A stretch of 32,000 bases of DNA, from NCBI RefSeq assembly GCF_000019345.1, contig NC_010503.1, forward strand, positions 210,001 to 242,000, in the 5' to 3' direction. Origin of the DNA: Ureaplasma parvum serovar 3 str. ATCC 27815 (GTDB lineage Bacteria; Bacillota_I; Bacilli_A; Mycoplasmatales; Mycoplasmoidaceae). This document shows positions 24,605 through 32,000 of this stretch, in pieces. How positions within the stretch are numbered: position 1 is the first letter of the stretch; every line of letters starts with the position of its first letter. The notes under the pieces were generated by a model that worked only from the letters and a program-made list of their open reading frames with translations, was not told the DNA's origin and did no database searches. The position numbers and the translations under genes are program-made.

Positions 24605-25459
24605 CTATTTAGCTTCAATTAAGATAGCAAAATTATTTAAACCCACATGCGCATAAATACAACCCGGTAAATATGAAATTTTAATTTCAATAGTTTGTCG
24701 AATTTTTTCTTGTAATGAAGTTTTTAATGAATTGATTTGTGATTCATTTTCTAAATCAGTAAGAATTGCAATGTTCTTAATACCATTTGTGCGCCAATGA
24801 TTTTGATTATCAATTATATCTAATAATTTATCTATAGCTGTTGATAAATTCGGTGTTTTATCCATAAAATCTAATTGCCCATTTCAACGAACAATTAATT
24901 TTAAGCGTAAAGCTTTAGCTATAATTCCTTTAGTTTTTTTAACACGTCCGCCCGCAATTAATTGGTCTAAATTATTTACGATAACTCCACCTATAATTTT
25001 TTGTGAACGTTGTTTTACTAAACTAATTAATTCTTCATCACTCGGATTATTTTTTAAGAGTAAATTAATCTCATCAACTAATCATAAAATACCAATTGAA
25101 ACAGAACGTGAATCAATGCACACTAAATGTTTGTCTTTGTAATCTTCTTTAATAATACTTAGAGATTCAAAATAACTTGATAAACCACTTGATAATGTTA
25201 AAATAACAACACGATCATATTTTAAGAATAATTCATCTAATTTTTTCATAACAAAACCTGGTGAAGGTAATGAAGTATGAATATTTGTTTTATTAATTAA
25301 TATTTGTTTCAATTGTTCTTGACTAACGTCAATAACATCTTTTAATTCTTTTTCTATTTGTTGTTCTCTAATAATTAACTGAATAGGCACAAAATATACA
25401 TTATCATCTTTAATATCTAAGACGTTAGCACCTGTATCGATTAAAATTGCTGTTTTCAT
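24605..25459 (-). CDS. DegV-family fatty-acid-binding protein (284 aa)
   Basis: Track ORFs 25082..25477 and 24605..24865 are in one frame. I translated the gap by hand; it is open, with TGA codons at 25082 and 24884. I chose the ATG at 25459 (MKTAILIDTGANV), which follows AGGGG, over the track's TTG at 25477. The LIAGGRV motif is present. The stop is TAG at 24605..24607. Confidence 0.88.
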
Positions 25460-25603
25460 AAATCTACCCCTAATCAACTAAAACTTATTAAAAATTATAA
25501 TAAAAACAACATTATTAACTATGATTAAAAGTTAGATAAAGTTAATTTAATATTATAATTTATAAATAAAGAGAGTAATTTCTCTTTAAAAATTGGAGTT
25601 GAA

Positions 25604-26197
25604 ATGTATATTTATTATAATAAAACAAGTCTAAACGATACGTTAATTTTTTTAAAAAACAATCAGCAATATGATCATCAAGTGTTTTTAAACGATGACT
25701 TATTGCTTTTTTATCATGGTGATGAACTAATTGGTTTAAATTTATTTAATGCAAGTGAATATTTAAAAAATTTAAATGAAGGATATTTATATCCTACGAC
25801 TCAATTAATTCAAAAATTAAGTGATTTAATAAAAATAAAATTATCATTAGATAATGCTTTTAAAGGTTTTGTGGTAGGTAAAATTTTAGAAGTTAATTTA
25901 ATTCCCAATACTCATTTACATATTTGCTTAGTAGATATAGGTGATCAACAAATACAAATAATATGTGGAGCACAAAATGTCCGTATTGGCTTAAAAACGG
26001 TTGTAGCGACACCTAATTTATTAATGCCAAATGGAAATGAAATTAAAAAATCCAAATTAATGAACTATGATTCATTTGGAATGTTGTGTTCACAAAAAGA
26101 ATTAAATATTAATAATTTTAATTCACAAGGAATTGTCGAACTTAATGATGAATATCAGGTTGGTCAATTGTTTACAAAAGTTTATAGTAATTTATAA
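25604..26197 (+). CDS. ytpR: YtpR-like tRNA-binding (OB-fold) domain protein (197 aa)
   Basis: RBS GGAG. The C-terminal half, FVVGKILEV...HLHICLVDIGD..IQIICGAQNV..G..V....L...G..I.KSKL....S.GMLCS, matches the tRNA_bind domain pattern shared with the PheT N-terminus and CsaA. Confidence 0.75.
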   Translation: MYIYYNKTSLNDTLIFLKNNQQYDHQVFLNDDLLLFYHGDELIGLNLFNASEYLKNLNEGYLYPTTQLIQKLSDLIKIKLSLDNAFKGFVVGKILEVNLIPNTHLHICLVDIGDQQIQIICGAQNVRIGLKTVVATPNLLMPNGNEIKKSKLMNYDSFGMLCSQKELNINNFNSQGIVELNDEYQVGQLFTKVYSNL

Positions 26198-26216
26198 TTT
26201 AAAGTAGGTAAAATTA

Positions 26217-27209
26217 ATGTCAAAAAATGATGATATATTATTATTTAGTCTTTCAAATTCACATCAATTAGCTAATAAAATTGCTAATTTACTAAAAATT
26301 GAATTATCACCAATTAGAATTGATAAGTTTGCAGATGGTGAATTAATTGTTGCACCTCAAGTTCCAGTGCGTGGACGTCGAGTTATTATTATTCAATCAA
26401 CATCTAAACCTGTTAACGATAGTTTAATGGAATTATTAATCGCTATTGACTCAATTAAACGAGCTAGTGCCAAAGCAATTAGTGTTGTAATTCCTTATTA
26501 TGGATATGCACGTCAAGACCGTAAAGCTAAACCACGTGAACCAATTACAGCACGTTTAGTTGCAAAAATGATTGAGAGTGCGGGCGCAACTAGTGTATTA
26601 ACTTGAGATATTCATTCTTTACAAACACAAGGTTTTTTTGATATTCCGTTTGATTCATTAGAGGCTGTATGAGTTTTAATGAAACATTATTTTAGTGCTT
26701 ATAAAGATTCATCAAATATAACTATTGTTTCACCAGATTATGGTGGTGTCAAACGTGCTCGTGAAATTTCAATAGCTACAGGTGCAACATTAGCAATTGT
26801 TGATAAACGAAGATCTGGCAAAAATCAGGTGGAAATTAATAATGTATTAGGTGATGTTAAAGATCGTGATTGTGTAATTGTTGATGATATGATTGATACT
26901 GGTGGCACAATTTTAGGTGCTGCTAAAATTGTGCGTGAAAAAGGCGCTAAATCAATAACAATTATTGCTACACATGGTTTGTTTAATAATAATGCACGAC
27001 AACATTTTCAACAAGCAATTAAAGATCGAATTATTAATAAAATTTGTATAGCTGATACAATTGAAAATGAACCTTTTGATGGTCTTGAAATTGTAAGTAT
27101 CGCTCCAGCAATTGCCAAATGTATTGAAATTTATTCAGAGGGTACAGGTTCGATGTCGTTTGTACATGATGAAAATTCAAAAGTTTTATTTGCTAAAAAA
27201 ATATATTAA
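26217..27209 (+). CDS. prs: Ribose-phosphate pyrophosphokinase (330 aa)
   Basis: Track ORFs 26217..26606 and 26679..27209 are in one frame and join through TGA codons. Motifs: FADGE, YYGYARQDRK, VDDMIDTGGT. Confidence 0.95.
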
Positions 27210-27215
27210 ATAAAA

Positions 27216-27755
27216 ATGAATAAACCAATTATCAAAGAAGTTATTATTGTAGAAGGTAAAACAGATGCACAAAAAATTGATCAATTAGTAAATGCACAAA
27301 TTATTACTACTAATGGATCAGAAATTAATAAAAAGACTTTAGCTTTAATTAAACAAGCACAATTATCAAAAGGAATTATTTTATTTTTAGATCCTGATTA
27401 TCAAGGAGAAAGAATTCGTAAAATAATTACTAATTATTTAAAAGATGGCATTATTAAACAGTGTTTTATTAGTAAGGACAATATGAAGAATAATTCTAAA
27501 AAAATTGGAATTGCTGAAGCTAATAATGATGCTTTATTGAAAGCTTTGAAATCTCAAGGAACATTCGTTATTAATTCAATTGAATCTATTACTTGATTAG
27601 AATACTTAAGTTTAAATTTAAATAACAAAAAAATACGTTTAATGCTTTGTGATTATTTAAATATTAGTTATTGTAATCACAAACAATTATTTAAAAGATT
27701 AAACATGATGCAAAAAACATTTAAAGAAATTAAAATAATTATTGAAGGATTTTAA
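27216..27755 (+). CDS. rnmV: Ribonuclease M5 (Toprim domain) (179 aa)
   Basis: Toprim motifs VIIVEGKTD and LFLDPDYQGERIR. The track ORF 27216..27596 extends through the TGA at 27594 to TAA at 27753..27755. Confidence 0.85.
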
Positions 27756-27758
27756 CTT

Positions 27759-28598
27759 ATGAAATTATGTGATAAAGAATATATTTTATCTGTTATTGCT
27801 ACACCAATTGGCAATCTTGAAGAAGTTAGTGAACGTGTTATTAAATGTTTAAATGAAGCTTATGTTATTTTATGTGAAGACACTCGAGTTACAGCTAAGC
27901 TGTTGCATCTATTAAATATTTATGATTACAAAAAATTAATTAGTTATCATAATTTTAATGAAATTCAAAAATTGAATGAAGCGATTAATTATATTAAAAA
28001 ATATCCAACAGCTTTAGTTAGTGATGCAGGCTATCCAACAATTTCAGATCCTGGTTATAAATTAATTAATGAATGTCATCAACAAAATATTGGAATTCAA
28101 GTTATTAATGGTCCCTCAAGTTTGATGCATGCTCTAGTTGCTAGTGGAATGTGTTCGCAAGATTTTATGTTTTTAGGTTTTTTAGGTAAAACGCAAAAAC
28201 AACGTGTTGAAAAACTAAAATTATATAAAAACTTGCAAACAACTTTTGTTATTTATGAAGCTGTGCACCGAATAGAAAAGACTTTAATGGATATATATGA
28301 AATATGAGGAGATATTTTAATTTTTATCGGGCGCGAACTAACAAAAAAAAATGAAAGTCATTATTATGGTTATCTTTCACAACTACCCCCAATTACTGAA
28401 AAAGGAGAGTTTGTAATTGTTATTGATAATAAGATCAATCAAGATGTTATTAAGAATAATAATATTAATGAATGTCTAATTAAAATTAGAGATTTAATGA
28501 AACAAAATTTTAAATTAAAAGATGCTTGTAAAGAAGTTAGTAAATCTTCTAATTTTGATAGTAAAGAATTATATAAATTAATAATTAATCAAAAATAA
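27759..28598 (+). CDS. rsmI: 16S rRNA (cytidine1402-2'-O)-methyltransferase RsmI (279 aa)
   Basis: Motifs: VATPIGNLEE.S.R, ILCEDTR, SDAGYPTISDPGY, YEAVHR, GRELTK. It extends through the TGA at 28305 to TAA at 28596..28598. Confidence 0.9.
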
Positions 28599-28599
28599 T

Positions 28600-31411
<2,812 letters not shown>

Positions 31412-31427
31412 AATCTTTAATTCTTTG

Positions 31428-31455
31428 TAATTATTAAAATAATTAAGCTTTTTTT
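31428..31455 (+). terminator. Possible weak (AT-only) terminator after metG
   Basis: TAATTATT (31428..31435) pairs with AATAATTA (31438..31445), followed by AGCTTTTTTT. The stem has no G-C pairs and the loop is very small. Confidence 0.4.
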
Positions 31456-31498
31456 ATATAATTTATAAGACTAACATTTAATAGTAGTTGAGGAATTA

Positions 31499-32000
31499 AT
31501 GAGGTTAAGATATAAAATCTTATGCGCTAGCTTAGGAGTGGTTGGTGTTGTTGGTGTTATTGCTGCAATATCAATTGATTATAAACAAATTCCAATTGTT
31601 TATGCAAATGGTAGTTCATCAGTATTACCCTTAATTCAGGCCTTATCTGAAAAACATCATAAACAAGATATTATTTCTAATGCTGGAGGTTCTTCGTTAG
31701 GAATAATTGAAGCTGTTGAACAAAGAACTAATATAGGCGTAAGTTCACGTAGTCCAAATATTGATTTTGAGCAACAAAGTGTTGAAAAAAGTCATGTAGT
31801 TTATGATAAGTGAAAACAAAATCAATTGAAAACTTATACAATTGCTTGAGATGGTATAGGCATTATTTATAAACTCAATAAAACTAATCATGAATTAGTT
31901 TTAACAAAAGACAATATTATTAAATTGTTTAAAGCTTTTACTGGGAATGAACAAGTAAGTTATTATGATCTTGATCCCCAATTACCAAAAACACCAATTT
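31499..32000 (+). CDS. pstS: PstS-family phosphate ABC transporter substrate-binding protein, 5' part (runs off the right edge)
   Basis: RBS GAGGAA, with TATAAT at 31457..31462. There is an N-terminal hydrophobic anchor. NGSSSVLPL, GGSSLG and VSSRS match the PBP-like phosphate-binding pattern. The frame continues through TGA codons at 31811 and 31847 to the window end. Confidence 0.75.

Noticed and set aside
25568-25587. Stem-loop AAAGAGA/TCTCTTT just upstream of the ytpR RBS; considered as a terminator or riboswitch.
   Set aside because: No U-tract follows it on either strand. It lies in a divergent promoter region with nothing to terminate, and it is too small for a known riboswitch class. 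At most it is a 5'-UTR stabilising hairpin.

Overview
This is a very AT-rich bacterial chromosome segment that is only coherent under genetic code 4 (TGA = Trp). Almost every long gene is cut at in-frame TGA codons in the supplied ORF track. These pieces re-join, always in one frame and with no TAA or TAG, into full-length conserved proteins. That points to a Mollicutes (Mycoplasma-type) genome; I cannot name the species from sequence alone.

Most of the window is housekeeping. On the minus strand: a DUF2779-type predicted nuclease, a Cof-type HAD phosphatase and trpS. On the plus strand: spx-like, nadK, a membrane-anchored degenerate PTS-EIIB-like protein and a small orphan ORF, then rlmH (minus). 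Next comes a fused glycolytic cluster, tpiA-gpmI-(membrane protein)-eno-pfkA-pyk, followed directly by rpoB-rpoC. After that: a short lipoprotein, degV (minus), ytpR-like, prs, rnmV, rsmI, rarA, metG and the 5' part of a pstS-like gene. I found no rRNA, tRNA, CRISPR array, IS element or prophage genes.

The non-ordinary part is a three-member lipoprotein family.
- Copy (b), 417..1916, is a full-length gene.
- Copy (a), 1..163 on the minus strand, is a 5'-truncated copy with no start codon that runs off the left edge.
- Copy (c), 24010..24531, is an N-terminal-module-only copy placed after rpoC.

Copies (a) and (b) share a 41-nt perfect inverted repeat (48/49 over 49 nt), read in the same codon phase in both. 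The repeats bracket a 678-bp segment that carries a (TA)10 tract, a near-consensus promoter, the RBS, the start codon, the signal peptide and the N-terminal module. This looks like an invertible expression module that could swap C-terminal modules. That is a hypothesis: no recombinase gene is in the window.
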